Below, piece by piece: positions 1 through 13,833 of a stretch of DNA of 64,000 nt (the first letter of the stretch is position 1; every line of letters begins with the position of its first letter). The notes under the pieces were generated by a model. It saw only the letters and a program-made list of their open reading frames with translations, had not been told where the DNA came from and made no database searches. The DNA is from Stegostoma tigrinum (taxonomy: Eukaryota): the NCBI RefSeq assembly GCF_030684315.1, contig NC_081359.1:16316184-16380183 (forward strand), written 5' to 3'. The position numbers were made by a program, and so were the translations under genes.

Positions 1-504
1 CCCAAGAATGGGACTTGAGTCCAGAATCTAGTGATTCAGAGACAGATTGAGCCACAGCTGACATTTAACTATTGGAGTGAGATCAGGTTTGCCTTGTCTC
101 ACTGCATCTCTTTTTGACTCTCAGCCCATTGTATCTGCCTGTGTGTATTGTCAGACAGCATACCTGGCATCAAGTAATGAATGAATCTTAATATCGTTAT
201 GTTAGATAACTAGAAAATCAGTCATTGAGGGTAGTTGGGACTCATGTTCAGTAGCGCCAAGCTGTCAAAATGGTTTATATCTCATTCTCCATTTGTATTT
301 TCATTCCCTTAATTTGCTTTTACCATGCCTTGAAAACTTGCTTTGGGAGCTCCAAAGATATTACTGCATCCAGTGTTTTGTTTTAGTTTAAATTGATATC
401 TTTCTGAATGATCTTCAGGTTTGCATGTGGAGATCTGAAAGCCAATGGAAAAACAATCCCAACGTCTCAGCCAGTTGCTCCTGGTTCTAAGGGCCAAAGA
501 AGGT

Positions 505-640
505 GTGTTGCAGTTTGAAAGAAATCAGACCGAACTTGAAACATTAATGCTGTTTCTCTCTCCAGAGGCCCTGCCAGACCCACTGAGTTTCCCATTCATT
601 CTGTTTGTTTCAGATTTCCAGCATCTGCAGCATTTTACAT
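505..640 (+). mobile_element. Old, degenerate Penelope-derived terminal fragment (family B)
   Basis: gaaacattaatgctgtttctctctccagaggccctgccagacccactgagttt...tcagatttccagcatctgcag aligns by eye with the younger copy at 42415-42540. Confidence 0.6.
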
Positions 641-1840
641 TTGTTCAAAATGTAGCATAACAAGTTAAATGTTAGCATTTGAGTACATCTTTCTAACATA
701 TGCCAATGGCAGATTGGAAGACAGAGGGAGATTCCCGGAAAGCCATACGATAGAAAGAACATTGGAGCCTCTACCATCACTATCTGTAACTCCTGACTAT
801 CATGTACATGCAAAAGTAATTGATTGATAGTGCAAAAGAGACCGAAAGGTATGAAAACATAGCGCCAACATTTGATGTGATGCTATTTGGACAACATTTA
901 CTAAATAATCCTCAACACTTACCCCAGAAACCAATTTATGGTAATCCTTCGAGCACAAGGTGCCGTTAAGTTGCTCATGTCAGAAGCTACTATTGTTCTC
1001 ACACTCAGCCCTTTTTCTTGCAAGCAGACCATTGCATCTTGCTGGCAATGACTTGCCTAATCAGAGTAAACTTTCTTGATCGAAATTTGATAAATTTGTT
1101 AACATACTTAACCATTTCTGATGCATTGCCATGCCTATTGACAGTCTCTTCTCAAGTTATACAAGTATTCTTTCCTCTCGAAAGTCGGTTTTCTTGCAAT
1201 TTCAGTGCTAACCTATGCAAGACAAAATCTTTGACTTCATGTCTCTTTTTTAGCAATGCATGTGAAAGTCTATGTTGCTTCAGAGACTCTGACTGTATGG
1301 GCAAATCAGGTGATTGATTTGCCTGAATGACTGATTGTTTTGGATCAGACTAGTGCCAAAAGCATGAGGTTTGATTTTTGTTTCAGTTTGGGTGGATTCC
1401 AGACCTTCCCTAGGGCAGACGTTGTGGTTTTATGGGTTGGACCCACATCGACTGGCAAACTGAGGAAGTCACTAGGTGTATGTACATTTAATGCTTTACC
1501 CCACAACAAAATCATGCGAATGCTGGAAATCTGACACTTTTATTCTCTCAATCTGCCTCGCACACAGTGACAGCCATCAACTGTCTTTGCCTCAGTGAGC
1601 TCCATTATGGAACATGGTTACTATAGTTACCTCGTGTTACCAAGGAGCTGTAAAATACATCTGTGAGAATTAATTCCCAATTATTGTGCTCCACATAAAC
1701 ACCTTGAATAAAAATATTAAACTATTGCCTTCTGTCTGAAGCCTCAATGCAGAGTTATTGCTTACATTCAGATTTCCAATAGTACTTTGCATCTTGGATG
1801 AAAAGTGAATGTAGACTTGTTTACAGTTACTTATACATTT

Positions 1841-2033
1841 CTGATAGAAGAGACATGTTGCCGACATTTCTTATCCTTCGCTCAACAGAATAAGCACAAG
1901 ATTGCTAAATTTCAAATTATCACAATTCATACAACAGGATAGAAGTTATAGTTTGTGTATGAAATTTTGCATTCTTTCATTTGTTCTGATGAGTGCAGGT
2001 TGAGAAACTTCAGCAACATCTCTCTCTTGCCAG
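1841..2033. repeat. Old imperfect inverted repeat with a decayed hammerhead-like core (family D)
   Basis: 1841-1916 is roughly the reverse complement of 1958-2033; the right arm reads TTGTT-CTGATGA-...-GAAA-CT-TC-AGCAA. Confidence 0.6.
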
Positions 2034-2945
2034 AGATGTGCAAGTAGAATTATTTCTTGTGTAGGTGGTTATACCTGCATTTAACAGCCCTTGCTGTTCT
2101 CGCCATGAGCAGCCATATGGCCGTGCACATCTGCTAGCTGCAGTATGCAAGATATGCCTTTAGCTTCGGAAATATTTTCACATGTCAGCAGCAGGTTTTA
2201 TGATTCAAGGGTTTTTGTGAAATGTGCGCGCCATTCTCAGAAATATTATTTTTTAATCGGAAATGGGCAGATGTTGAAAATACACAGTGCAACTCAAAGA
2301 ATGATTGAGGGAACTATAAAAATTTCAGCTTAAACATGAGATGTGTCCTCACTCTGAGGAAAAGACAATTAATAAAATCTCACTCAGAAGTTTCCTTTCC
2401 TATTTATGTATTTTATTGCATCCCAACTTTTGAAACACAAAGAAACATGGCCCCGTTTCTTAAGATTGATAACTTCAAAGGTTGATGATCTCACTAGCAG
2501 TTAACACCATTTTATTATTGATCTAGCACATTGGAGTACACATTGCTTGCAGTCTACCTCCAGGATGTGTGAAAAACAGCCCACATCTGAAGTTGGTTTA
2601 TGTAGGTTTCATCTGAAAGTGTTTCTTTAGAACTCCACAGGGCCTGAGCCAGTTAAGGTTTGCCATCAATTGGAAAAGCTGAGAATGTTTAGTGGAGCAT
2701 GCTGTAAGTTGGCCACAAAGTGTTTAGCTGGCACAGAGACGGGGGAGAAATTCTACTTTGGCACAACTATAAGTAAGGAAAACTAGGTGGAAAATACAGT
2801 GTGACCCTCATTCATTTTGGGCCATAACCAATATTTCTCCCCCATCAACCACTAACAACTCTTTCACTAGCAGGAACTAATTTCTTTCCAAAATTGAACT
2901 CTGTCAAGGTGTTATCCACTCTCCTATGTTTGACAGTGTGGAATA

Positions 2946-3545
2946 CAGTCATTGAGTCATAGAGTTAAACAGCACCGAAACAGACCGTTTGGTCCAGCTC
3001 ATTCATGTTGACCAGATATCCTAAATTGATCATTTGCCAGCATTTGGCCCATACCCCTCTAAACCCTTCCTTTTCATATACCCATCCAGATATCTTTTAA
3101 ATGTTATATTTGTAGCAGCATCCACCACTTCCTCTGGCAACTCATTCCATACACGCACCACCCTGTGTGTGAAACAATTACCCCTTAGATTAATTTTAAA
3201 TCTTTCCCATCTCAACTTAAACTGATGCCATCTAGTTTTGGACTTCCCCACCCTGGGACAAAGGCCTTGGCTATTCACCCTATCCATGCCCTGCATGGTT
3301 TTATAAAATCTCTGTAAGGTCACCCCTCAGCCTCGAATGCTCCTAGGAAAAAGCCCCAACCTATTCAGCTTCTCCCTACAGCTCAAACCTTCCAATCCCG
3401 GCAACATCGTTGTAAATCTTTTCTGAACCCTTTCAAGTTTAATATCTTTCCTATAGCAGGGAGACCAGAATTGAATGCAGTATTCTAAAAGTGGTCTAAC
3501 CAACATCCTGTACAGCCACAGCATGTCACTGCAATTTCTTGACAT
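2946..3545 (-). mobile_element. CR1/HER1-type LINE 3' fragment
   Basis: ORFs 3327..3545 (LVRPLLEYCIQFWSP..LERVQKRFT) and 3030..3323 (FTHRVVRVWNELPEEVV..GLEGYGPNAGK) are the CR1 ORF2 C-terminus. Confidence 0.92.
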
Positions 3546-3669
3546 GAAACAAAGGTTGGGTCAGGCAGTGTCTATAAATTGACTGAGAGAGCGAAAATTA
3601 AATTTGAGAAGTATTTGAAGTTTTGATAAGTATGAGCCTGAAAAATATTATTAACAAACGCGTGTTTGA

Positions 3670-4146
3670 AAAACACAGTAAATAGTAGAAGGAATAGGCC
3701 ATTCACCCCTTTAAACCTGCTCCGCTATTCAGATGATCATCCAACTCAGGACCCTGGTTCAGTTTTCCCTCCTTACTCTTCCATCCTTTTATCCCTCAGA
3801 ACTATATCTATCTTGTTCTTGTATGCATGCAATATTTTGCCAACAACCATTCCACAGGCTCACAATTCTCTGGGTGAATAAATTTCTCTTCGTCTCAGTG
3901 CTAACTATATTTCCTTAGTCTGTAACCCTGTACTCGCTGCCATCAGAAACAACCTTCCTTTGTTGAACCAGCCTACCTTATTTGTGTTTTATTGGTTTCT
4001 ATGATACCACTCCTCATTCTTCGAAACACCAGTGAATATAGTCCTAATTGAGCCAGTTTCTGCTCACACATCAATCCTGCCATCCCAGGAATCCGCCTGA
4101 TAAACCTTTGTCACAGTCCCTCCGTGACTGGATTGTCTTTCCTTAG
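3670..4146 (-). mobile_element. Older CR1 LINE 3' fragment
   Basis: ggaataggccattca tail and ctctgggtgaataaatttctc motif shared with other CR1 copies. Confidence 0.75.
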
Positions 4147-4227
4147 CTGTTAAGCATTTTAATAAAACTACTTACAATTGTATCAGTATTGTCAAATAGT
4201 ATCAACTAATATTGATTATGCAGAGCA

Positions 4228-4570
4228 GGTGCTGGCCTGCTGATATTATTGCAGGACTGTTAATCCAGAGATTCGGGTAATATTCTGGGGGGCCCCTGTT
4301 CGAATCCTGCCAGGGGAGATGTTGGAATTTGAACCCAGTCGAAATCTGGAATTAAGAGTCTATTGATTATCCTGAATCTATTGTCAATTATCGGGAAAAG
4401 CCCAAATGCTTCGCTCATATCCTTTCGGGAAGGAAACTGCCATCCTTACCTGGTCTGGCCTACATGTGACTCCAGACCTCCAACAATATGGGTGACTTTT
4501 AATTCCCCTCTGGGCAATTAGGGATGGCCATGCCAGTGACAGTCCTATCCTGCGAATGAATTTTAAAAAA
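4228..4570 (+). mobile_element. tRNA-derived SINE with an L2-like 3' tail (related copies at about 13314-13632, 29875-30105 and 50393-50690)
   Basis: B-box-like gttcgaatcc, shared body ggaaggaaactgccatccttacctggtctggcctacatgtgactccagac, and tail ggcaattagggatgg...gaatgaa. Confidence 0.8.
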
Positions 4571-5189
4571 GCACTTTGAATAAAAGCAGTGAAATTAATA
4601 AAGAGCTCACAAGGCAGTTTTAGTGAAGATACAAGAAATGTTGAAGACAAAGCCAGTGGTGTAGACACTCCAATACACATTAAGTTAAATGCGCTGAGAC
4701 ATCGGTCACATTTTTTATGCTGTTGGGATTATTTTAGCAATGGGAAATGTCCAAGAATTGTTTTTTTTCAGTTTTGTTATGCTGTTGAAATGATATTTGC
4801 TCTGACTGTGATGTTGCATTGCACATTGGAATCTTTGTTGTTTGACATCATTCATTTTCCATCGCTAAGGATTTAATTACCTAACATCATCTGCTCAAAA
4901 ATAGCTGCGTATTTGTGTAGAATCAGAATATCCATATCAGAGAAGGTGGCGGTTTAGCCCATCATGTCTATCCCCAACAAGGTGAAGAGATTCAGGGAAG
5001 GAATTAAAACGAAATTCAATCCGAGGCAACTGAAGACAGGTGGTGAGTCAAGGAAATTCAGTCACCTGAAAGCCAGAGAATTGGGAGAGCTTAGTGATCT
5101 TGGAAGATTGTTAGGTTGAGAGATGTTTTAGAATGAGGGAGCTGGCAATCCATGGAAGGACTTTCAGCGTTTAAGTTGATTTCATAATG

Positions 5190-5700
5190 TGGAATCATAG
5201 AATGATACAATGCAAAAGACGCCCTTCAACTATCATGGCTCCACTATGACTATAGTCATAGCATCACACAGCATGGAAATAGACCCTTTAGTCCAACCAG
5301 TCCATGCGGACCATTATCCCAAACTGAACTAGTTCCAGCTGCCTGCGCTTGGCCCGTATCCATCCAAACCTTTCCTATTCATGAAGTTATCGAAATGACT
5401 TTTAAATGTTGTACCCACCACTTTTTCTACAGTTCATTCCACACACAAAATATTCCTTGTAAAAAATTTGTCTCTCAAGTCCTTTATAAATCTTTCTCCT
5501 CTTACCTGAAAAATATTCTGCCTTGTTTTGAACTCCCCCACCCGAGGGAAAAAACTCCTTGTCATTCACCTTATCTATATACCCCTCATAAACCTTTATA
5601 CCCCTTTATAAACTGCTACAAGGTCACCCCCTCCCCACCAACCTCCTACACTCCAGTGAAATAAGTCCTAGCCTGTCCAGCCTATCTTTATATCACAGAC
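5190..5700 (-). mobile_element. CR1/HER1 LINE 3' fragment
   Basis: Same tail as 2946-3545 (cagcatggaaatagacccttt..ggcccgtatcc). Confidence 0.8.
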
Positions 5701-6064
5701 CTTTTCAAGTATTTCTGCAATTTCCTTTTGAAAGCTATAATGCTTCCATCGTTCCTTCAGGCAGTGTATTCTAGATCTCCACACGTCACTGCATTAAAAA
5801 ATAAATTGTCCGCTCACCCCTGAATCTTTAAAGATCAGATTAACGTACATCTAAAATGACAGTCATAGCTGTTTTCTACTTTCCGGCATCTGTAGTCTTT
5901 TGCTTTTACCTTTTATGTAAAACGACAATTCATTCTTTCAATATAAATTTTTGTTACCATACTTTATTACCTCCCTTAAGTAAGGAGACATGTCAATGCA
6001 GTGTGTAGGAAGAAGTAATGTGTAAACTTATTTCGTAATTTTGTATTTTACACAGTCATTATAA

Positions 6065-6313
<249 letters not shown>

Positions 6314-6529
6314 TGATACCAGTGCAGAAAACTAACGGCATCATTCATTAGATGCTTTTCCCTTTTCTCATATAAATGTAAGCAACACTATCGCAAGAAA
6401 GAGAAAGCTGAAGCAGTTTTCTTTTTAATCCACCGCATCCTTTAAAACAAAATATTGCAACAGCAAGAATTAAAGTTGTGGGTATTCAGTTGTTGAGAAG
6501 GGGAAGGAATCTACTGAGACCACCCTTTC

Positions 6530-7575
6530 AGGCGGGCCAGTATAGACACAATTCCACGTTGGACGAGATGATGGGCTTGTCACATGAATAGTTGAGGACT
6601 GTGGCCTCTACCTGATGGAGTTTAGAAGGATGTGAGAAGGGGGGTGTGGGGGTGGGATCTGATTGAAACTTACAGAATACTGAGTGGCCTAGACAAAGTG
6701 GACGTGGAGAAGGTCTTTCCACTAGTAGGTGAAACTAAATCACAAGGGCACACCTCAGAATGAAGGGATGGCCCTTTAGAACTGAGATGAAGAGAAATTT
6801 CTTCAACCAGAGGGTGGTGATTCTCAATAGACAATAGACAATAGGTGCAGGAGTAGGCCATTCGGCCCTTCGAGCCAGCACTGCCATTCATTATGATCAT
6901 GGCTGATCATCCACAATCAGAACCCTGTTCCTGCCTTATCCCCATAACCCTTGATTCCACTATCTTTAAGAGCTCTATCCATCTCTTTCTTGAAAGCATC
7001 CAGGAACTTGGCCTCCACTGCCTTCTGGGGCAGAGCATTCCATATATCCACCACTCTCTGGGTGAAGAACTTTTTCCTCAACTCTGTTCTAAATGGCCTA
7101 CCCCTTATTTTTAAACTCTGTCCTCTGTTCTGGACTCGCCCTCAGCGGAAACATTCTTCCTGCCTCCAGACTGTCCAATACCTTAATAATCTTATACGCC
7201 TCAATCAGATCCTCTCTCATCCTTCTAAACTCAAGTGTATACAAGCCCAGTAGCTCCAATCTTTCAACACATGATAGTCCCACTGCTGCAGGATTTGACC
7301 TCGTGAACCTATGCTGCACTCCCTCGAGCAAGAATGTCCTTCCTCAAATATGGAGACCATATCTGCACACAATATTCCAGGTGCGGTCTCACCAGGAGCT
7401 CATTGCCACAGAGGGCTGTAGAGGCCAAGTCATTGAATGTATTTTAGACTGGGACAGAGAGATCCTTGTTTGCAGGGGATCAAGGGCTATGGGGAGGATG
7501 CGGGGAAATGAGGTTGAGAAACATGTCAGCCATGATTGAATGGCAGAGCTGACTCCACGGGTTGAATGGTCTAAT
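6530..7575. mobile_element. Nested CR1 fragments: a + strand CR1 (6530-6825 and 7397-7575) interrupted by a - strand CR1 (6826-7395) with a (caataga)n tail
   Basis: ORF 7098..7331 LEGVQHRFTR..LGLYTLEFRRMREDLIEAYKI; the host CR1 motif gtggtgattct / ggagctcattgccacag is split by the insertion. Confidence 0.85.
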
Positions 7576-7988
7576 TCAGTTCGTATCTCTTATGGTGTAA
7601 CACTGTTTTATTCAAGAAAGGAGGCAGACAGAAAGCAGCAATAAAGATACTGAGTTGAATAATCAGCCATGAACATACTAAGGAGCTGAGTGGCCTACTC
7701 CTATTTTCTGAGCTTCTATGAGAATCACTATACCAAGCTGTTGATTGACTAATCTGTGGGACAGTTCTCCCAGTCTGGCACATTTCCCCCAGGTGTTAAT
7801 AAGGAAGGCTTTGCAGGGTTGATAGGACAGTGGGTGCCTTGTTTTTTTTTTGGTGTCTCGGTCAATGCTGGGTTGGCCCATCTAGTTTCATTTCTGTTAT
7901 CAGACTTTGTACTGGTTAGTTTAAACTGACTGGCTTGCCAGGCCATTTCAGAAGGCAGTTAAGAGTGAATCAGATTGCCAGCAACCAT

Positions 7989-8347
7989 GGATGGTACAGT
8001 GGCACAGTGGTTGGCACTGCTGCCTCTCAAAGACCTGGTTTGGATTCCAGCCTTGGGTGACTGTCTGTGTGGAGTTTGCACTTCCTCCCCGTGTCTGTGT
8101 GGGTTTCTGCTGGGTGCTCTGGGTTCCTCACACAGTCCAAGGATGTAAGGTACATTTGCCATGCTAAAAAAAATTGCCCTGTAATGTCCAGGGGTGTGCA
8201 GGTTTGGAGGATTAGCCATGGTTTAAAACCCCATGCAGTGTTAATGGGGATGAGGTGTTGGTTGTGTCTGAGTGGCATGTCCTTTGGAGGGTTGGTGCAG
8301 ACTCAATGGGCTGAATGGCCTCTTCCTGCACTGTAGGGCTCCTGTGG
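7989..8347 (+). mobile_element. HE1-type V-SINE
   Basis: tRNA-like head ggcacagtggttggcactgctgcctc, V-domain gtctgtgtggagtttgcac..gggtttc..gggtgctc, CR1-like tail. Confidence 0.9.
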
Positions 8348-8426
8348 TTGAAATTGCAATCTTTACATCCTTCTTCATCTCAAAATACTAGCACAACCTT
8401 TTTCTCATATGCTTATAAGTTTTTGA

Positions 8427-8582
<156 letters not shown>

Positions 8583-8735
8583 TGAAAAATCAAACAACAG
8601 CAGCTTCTATTTAGATTGCTTTAGCTATGGTAAATCTGCTATCACAAAGCTCTTCACAGGACCATTATAACAATATTACATTGACACCAAAGGACACAAA
8701 CTTTGTGACATAAGTTCGAGTTTAACAAGCATCTT

Positions 8736-9362
8736 AGATTCATAGAGGTCTACAGCATGGAAACAGTCCCTTCGGCCCAACTTCTCCATGCAGCCTAGTT
8801 TTCATAATTAAACTAGCCATATTTGTATGCGTTTGGACCATATCCCTCCATACTCACCCCATCCATGTACTTGTCTAAATGTTTCTTAGATGTCAAAATT
8901 GTACTCGCTTCCAACACTACCTCCAGCAATCCGTTCCAGACACTCGCCACCCTCTGTGTGAAAAAATGGCCCCTCTCAGTCCTTTTGATGTCTCTCCCCT
9001 CTCACCTTAAAGCTATGCCTGCTGGTTTTAGACACCCCTCCCATGAGGAATAGCTGTTAGCTATCTACTTACCTAAGCCTCCCATGATTGAATAGGCCTC
9101 TATAGGGGCACTCCTCAGTCTCCTATGCTCCACGAGAAAAAGGTCCCAGTCTATCCAACCTGCCCTTATAACTCAAACCTTCCAATCCAGGTAGCACCCT
9201 TGTAAATCTGTTCTGCATTCTCTCTAGTTTAATAATACCCTTTGTATAGTAGGGTGACCGGAACAGCACGCGTTAGTACTCCAAATATGGGCTCACCAAC
9301 ATTTTGTACCACTGCAACGAGGTGCCCCAGTTCTTATACTCAAATGCTCTGACTGATGAATA
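8736..9362 (-). mobile_element. CR1/HER1 LINE 3' fragment
   Basis: cagcatggaaacagtcccttcggccc tail followed by antisense ORF2 C-terminal sequence. Confidence 0.85.
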
Positions 9363-9604
9363 GGGGGAAGAGAGACACAATGAGGTTTAGTGAGGAGTTT
9401 CGGACTTTTGTATCCTGACAGCCAAAAGTGGGGTCTCCAGTGATTAAACAATTAAAAGTAGGAGCGCGAGTGAGAATTCGAAGGAACACATATCATGCAA
9501 GATAATTGGGCAGGAGGAGTTTACAGGGATAGGGAAGGACAAGACATTTCAAAAGATGGATGAGAAATCCAAGGTCGAGGTGATTCCAACCCAGGAGCCA
9601 ACAC

Positions 9605-9962
9605 TGGGGGGCACTGTGGCTTGGTGGTCAGAACTGCTGCCTCACAGCTCCAGGACCCGAGTTCGATTCCACCCTCGGGTGACTGTCTGTGTGGAGTTTG
9701 CACATTCTCTCCATGTCTGTGCGGGCTTTCTCCGGGTGCTCCAGTTTCCTCCCATAGTCCAAAGATGTGCAGGTTAGGTGGATTGGCCATTGCAAATTAC
9801 CCATAGTGTCCAGGGATGTACAGGTTAGTTGGATTAGTCATGGGAAATGCAGGGTTACAAGTCTAGGGCAGGGGAATGGGTCTGGATGGGATGCTGTTTG
9901 GAGAGTCAGTATGGACTTGATGGGCCACATGGCCTGCTTCCACACTGCAGGGATTCTATGAT
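9605..9962 (+). mobile_element. HE1-type V-SINE
   Basis: gacccgagttcgattcc B-box, V-domain, internal tandem gtgcaggttaggtggatt unit, tail cacactgcagggattctatga. Confidence 0.92.
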
Positions 9963-10671
9963 AGGTCAGTGAACATGATGATAGGTGAGTGGTGCCTGGG
10001 AAAGGTTAGGAAATGGACTGTTGAAAAAGTTCAAATTTATAGAAGGGATGAGGTGTGAGACCAGCTCAGAGAGCATTAGCATAGTTTGTGTCTAGAGTTA
10101 ACAAGAATGAATGAGGGTTTCAGCAGCTGATGAACAGAGAAATAGATGGGTATTGGAAATTGGTGAAGGACAACTCATGGGTTTGGCTGACATTCAGGCC
10201 CAATAAGTCAGCAAGGATCAAAATGGCCTGTCAACATTCAAAGCAGTTTCTCCAAATAAATTACTCCAAGGGTATATTGGAGCTAGTGCTTGTCATGTTG
10301 ATTTAATACCACACATAACCATAATGAAATTAAGCATGTTTTCTTACAAAGTTGTTATTGAGGTGGCGACATCACTGGCAAGGCCAGCATTTGTTGTCCA
10401 TCCCAAGTTACTCTTGAGCCAGAGCTGGTGGGTTACCACCTTGAACTGCAGTTCTTCATGTGGTCTGAGTGCAGACACAATGCTGTTAGAGAGGGAGTTC
10501 CAGGATTTTGACTCAGTGACCATGAAGAAACAGTAATTTAATTCCAGCTCAGGATGGTGAGTGGCATGGAAGGGAATTTACCAAGTATCCGATGCCCTTT
10601 TCCTTCCAGATGGTAGAGTTTATGGAGTTGAAAGGTACAGTTTTGAGAAAGACATTGCTCACACCTTTGAT

Positions 10672-11270
10672 GATTGGAGTTGGGACATCGTGTTGATGTT
10701 GCAGGGGACATTGGTGAGGCCTGTTCTGGAATATTGTGTCCAGTTCTGGTGGCAGTGTTATAGGAAGGATTTTATTAAGTTGGATAGGGTTCAGGAAAGA
10801 TTTACCAGGATGTTGCTGGGAATGGAGAGCTTGAGTTAGAAAGAAAGGCTGAATAGGCTGGGACATTTTTCACTAGAGCGTATGAGGCTGAAGGGTGACC
10901 TTATAGATGTTTATAAAATCATGAGAGGGATGAATAAGATGAATGGCAGGTGTCTTTTCCCGAGGATGGGGGATTTCAAGACTAGGGGGGCATGTTTTTA
11001 ACATGAGAGAAGAAAGATTTTAAAAAGACATGGGGGACAGTTTTTATTTATGTCGTGTGTGGTTCATGTGTTGATTGGACTTCCAGAGGAAGAGGTGGAT
11101 GTGCAGATACAGTTACAATGTTTAAATGACATTTAGATAAGTACATGAATAAGAAGTGTTTGGAGGGATATGGGCCAAGCACAGGTAAGTTGGACTGCTT
11201 TAGTTTGGGATAATGGACAGCACGGATTGGTTGGACCACAGTGTCTGTTTCCATGGTGTATGACTCTAAG
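10672..11270 (+). mobile_element. CR1/HER1 LINE 3' fragment, preceded by an L2-like 3' end on the - strand at about 10360-10650
   Basis: ORF 10561..10839 LVRPVLEYCVQFW..KLDRVQERFTRMLLG; tail ...gtgtatgactctaa. Confidence 0.88.
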
Positions 11271-12319
11271 TGTTAGTTCACCAATTGCAATGCCAGTGAA
11301 TGCCACTGGGAAGTAAAGACACATTCTTGTTGAGAACTGTCATTGCCTGTCTCCTGTGTGCTGTAACTTGTTACTTGTCACGTATCATCCCAAATGGTGA
11401 TAATGACAGTGTAAAATTCCCTGGATGCACAAGTGGAAAGATTTCATTTTTAGAAAGTGGGAATGAAATGCTGTTATCATTAAAAGTGACGTTGAACCAG
11501 TTAGATTGTTGTTTAGAGCACAACTGGTTCATCTGTGCTTTTTTGGTGGATGAAAACATGTCATTCTTACCTAGCCTAGGGCTCTAGTGTGACTCCAGTC
11601 CCACACCAGTGCAATTGACTATTAGCTGCACTTTGAAGTAATCTACTGCATCAGGGGAAACTAAAGATGGGCAATAAATGCCACCTTAGGCAGTAAAACT
11701 CTCATCCCAGAATGAATATCAAAACATCCAGTGTACAAATTTTCCTTCGCATGTCTCACTACTCCCTATTTGAGTAGTTCTCCCAGACTTCTTTCACAGC
11801 TGAATGTTTAGCAAGTGGTATTATAGATATTCAGAACTCAGTTTGAGGGTTTGTAAAAATGTTGGAATAATTACTTTTCTGGATCTCTACCACGGTCTCC
11901 CTCACTACATCTAGCAGGTACTCTCAGCAGTACAAGTGAGTCGGCTTTCACATAACTAGCGACTGTAAATTATAGTTTTTCACACTCTAATGGATAACTG
12001 TAATTTAGTTTCATTGGTCGTCAGTTACATTTTCATGTCATGGGTATGATATTGAATTTTACTGCCTAAAATCCTGCCACTGAGATGTCAAAAAAGAAAA
12101 GCATGTTGAAATTGCTTCGTATTCTGAAACACAAGAATATACTTACAAACCCAGTTTTTAAGTAGATTATCAAACTGTGGGGTGGTCATTTATATTTGAG
12201 AATGGTGTTCTTTTATTTACACAGAATCTTGAATATAATAAAATGTCCCGATAGGCTTAACATGAGCAATTATCAAATTAAGTGTGACACTGAACGACAA
12301 AGAGAGATTCTGGCGACCG

Positions 12320-13050
12320 TAAGACATCGGATCAAAAGAAGGCCATTTAGCCCTTCAAAACTGCTCCGCCGTTCAATGAGATCATGACTGACCTGATAAT
12401 CCTCAACGCTACATTTGTGTCGTTACCCCACATCCCTTGACTCCCTTGCTGATTTAAAAATTTCTCTGTCTCAGACTTATGTATTCTCATGGGCCCACCC
12501 TTGAGCCTTCTGCAGTCAAGAATTTCACAGATTTACTACCCACTGAGAGAAGGAATTGTTCTTCATCCCTCACCAATGGATGATCCTTTACTGTGAGATT
12601 ATGCCCTCTGGACATAGACACTCCCACAATCATAAACAGCTTCTCCATTTTCACCCTGTCAAGGTGCCTAAAAGTCATGTGTTTCCATAAGGCCTCTGCT
12701 CATTCTTCTAAACTTTAGTAAGTACAGGTCCAGCCTACTCAACCACTCCTCATAAAACCCATCCATACCCAGGTCCAAGATAATAAAATGTGAGGCTGGA
12801 TGAACACAGCAGGCCAAGCAGCATCCCTGAGATGCTGCTTGGCCTGCTGTGTTCATCCAGCCTCACATTTTATTATCTTGGAATCTCCAGCATCTGCAGT
12901 TCCCATTATCTCTCATACCCAGGTCCAACTTGGCGAACCTTCTCTGGACTGCGACCCGTGCCAGTGTATCTTTCTTTGCATAAGTGAACCAAAACTCTTC
13001 CTGGTATTTTAGGTGTGGTCTATCTAGTGCCTTGTATAATCTTAGGAAGA
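12320..13050 (-). mobile_element. CR1 LINE 3' fragment hosting a hairpin insertion
   Basis: ORF 12863..13093 LYKALDRPHLKY..VQRRFAKL. Confidence 0.85.
12779..12913. mobile_element. Penelope-derived hairpin element, family A (hammerhead region missing)
   Basis: Near-perfect inverted repeat flanked by the TSD catacccaggtccaa (12764-12778 and 12914-12928). Confidence 0.88.
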
Positions 13051-13833
13051 TTTCACTTTTTTTCTGTTTTCCTTTGATATTTCCAGCATGCACAGTTCTT
13101 TAACAGTTCTGTAGCAACACAAATGTTACATTTATGACATTTAAGTATAGTAGTTATGTCTGAATAGCTATCGTGTATGTTTTAGGTCTATTTTCCTATC
13201 TCCTTTGTGTGTGACTGACTTTGTCAGACATCTAGCAGGTAAGTCTGTCAACTGGCAAAGAATATATGGAACAGTAACCCCGAACTGCTAACTCTCAAAG
13301 TTCAAATTAGACGATGGCCTGGTGACATTACTACTAGACTGTTAATCCAGAGACACAGCTAATGTTCTGGGGATGTGGGTTCAAATCCCACCGTGGCGGC
13401 TGGTGGAATTTGAATTCATGACTGTGAATCCATTGTCAATTGTCAGGAAAAGTCCATCTGGTTGACTAATGTCCTTTAGGGAAGGACCTCACTTGGTCTT
13501 GCCAACATATGACTCCAGACCCCATACCAATGTGGTTCAGTCATAAATGCCCTCCAGGGCAATTAGCGATGGGCAATAAGTGCTGCCTAGCCAGTGATGC
13601 CCTCATCCCGTGTGTGAATAAAGAGGGGGAAAAAGAGTTGATCATGCCCCAAGAGCAAAAAGGCAAAATTGTAAAAATTCTCAAACTCATCCCTGAATCA
13701 CTCTACTTCTGGTTTTGACAAAATTGAGGAGGACACTTGTGCCCCACAGGCAAGTAAGACAATGAGCCGAAGAATTAATGGAAAGGACCAGGAATGCCTC
13801 TTTATTAGAGAATTGGTTATACAGTTTGAACAT

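Noticed and set aside
7989-8060. tRNA genes at SINE heads (also 9605, 24214 and the tRNA-like piece at 28470-28530)
   Set aside because: A/B-box-like heads are degenerate and mostly continue into SINE bodies; no complete cloverleaf could be built.
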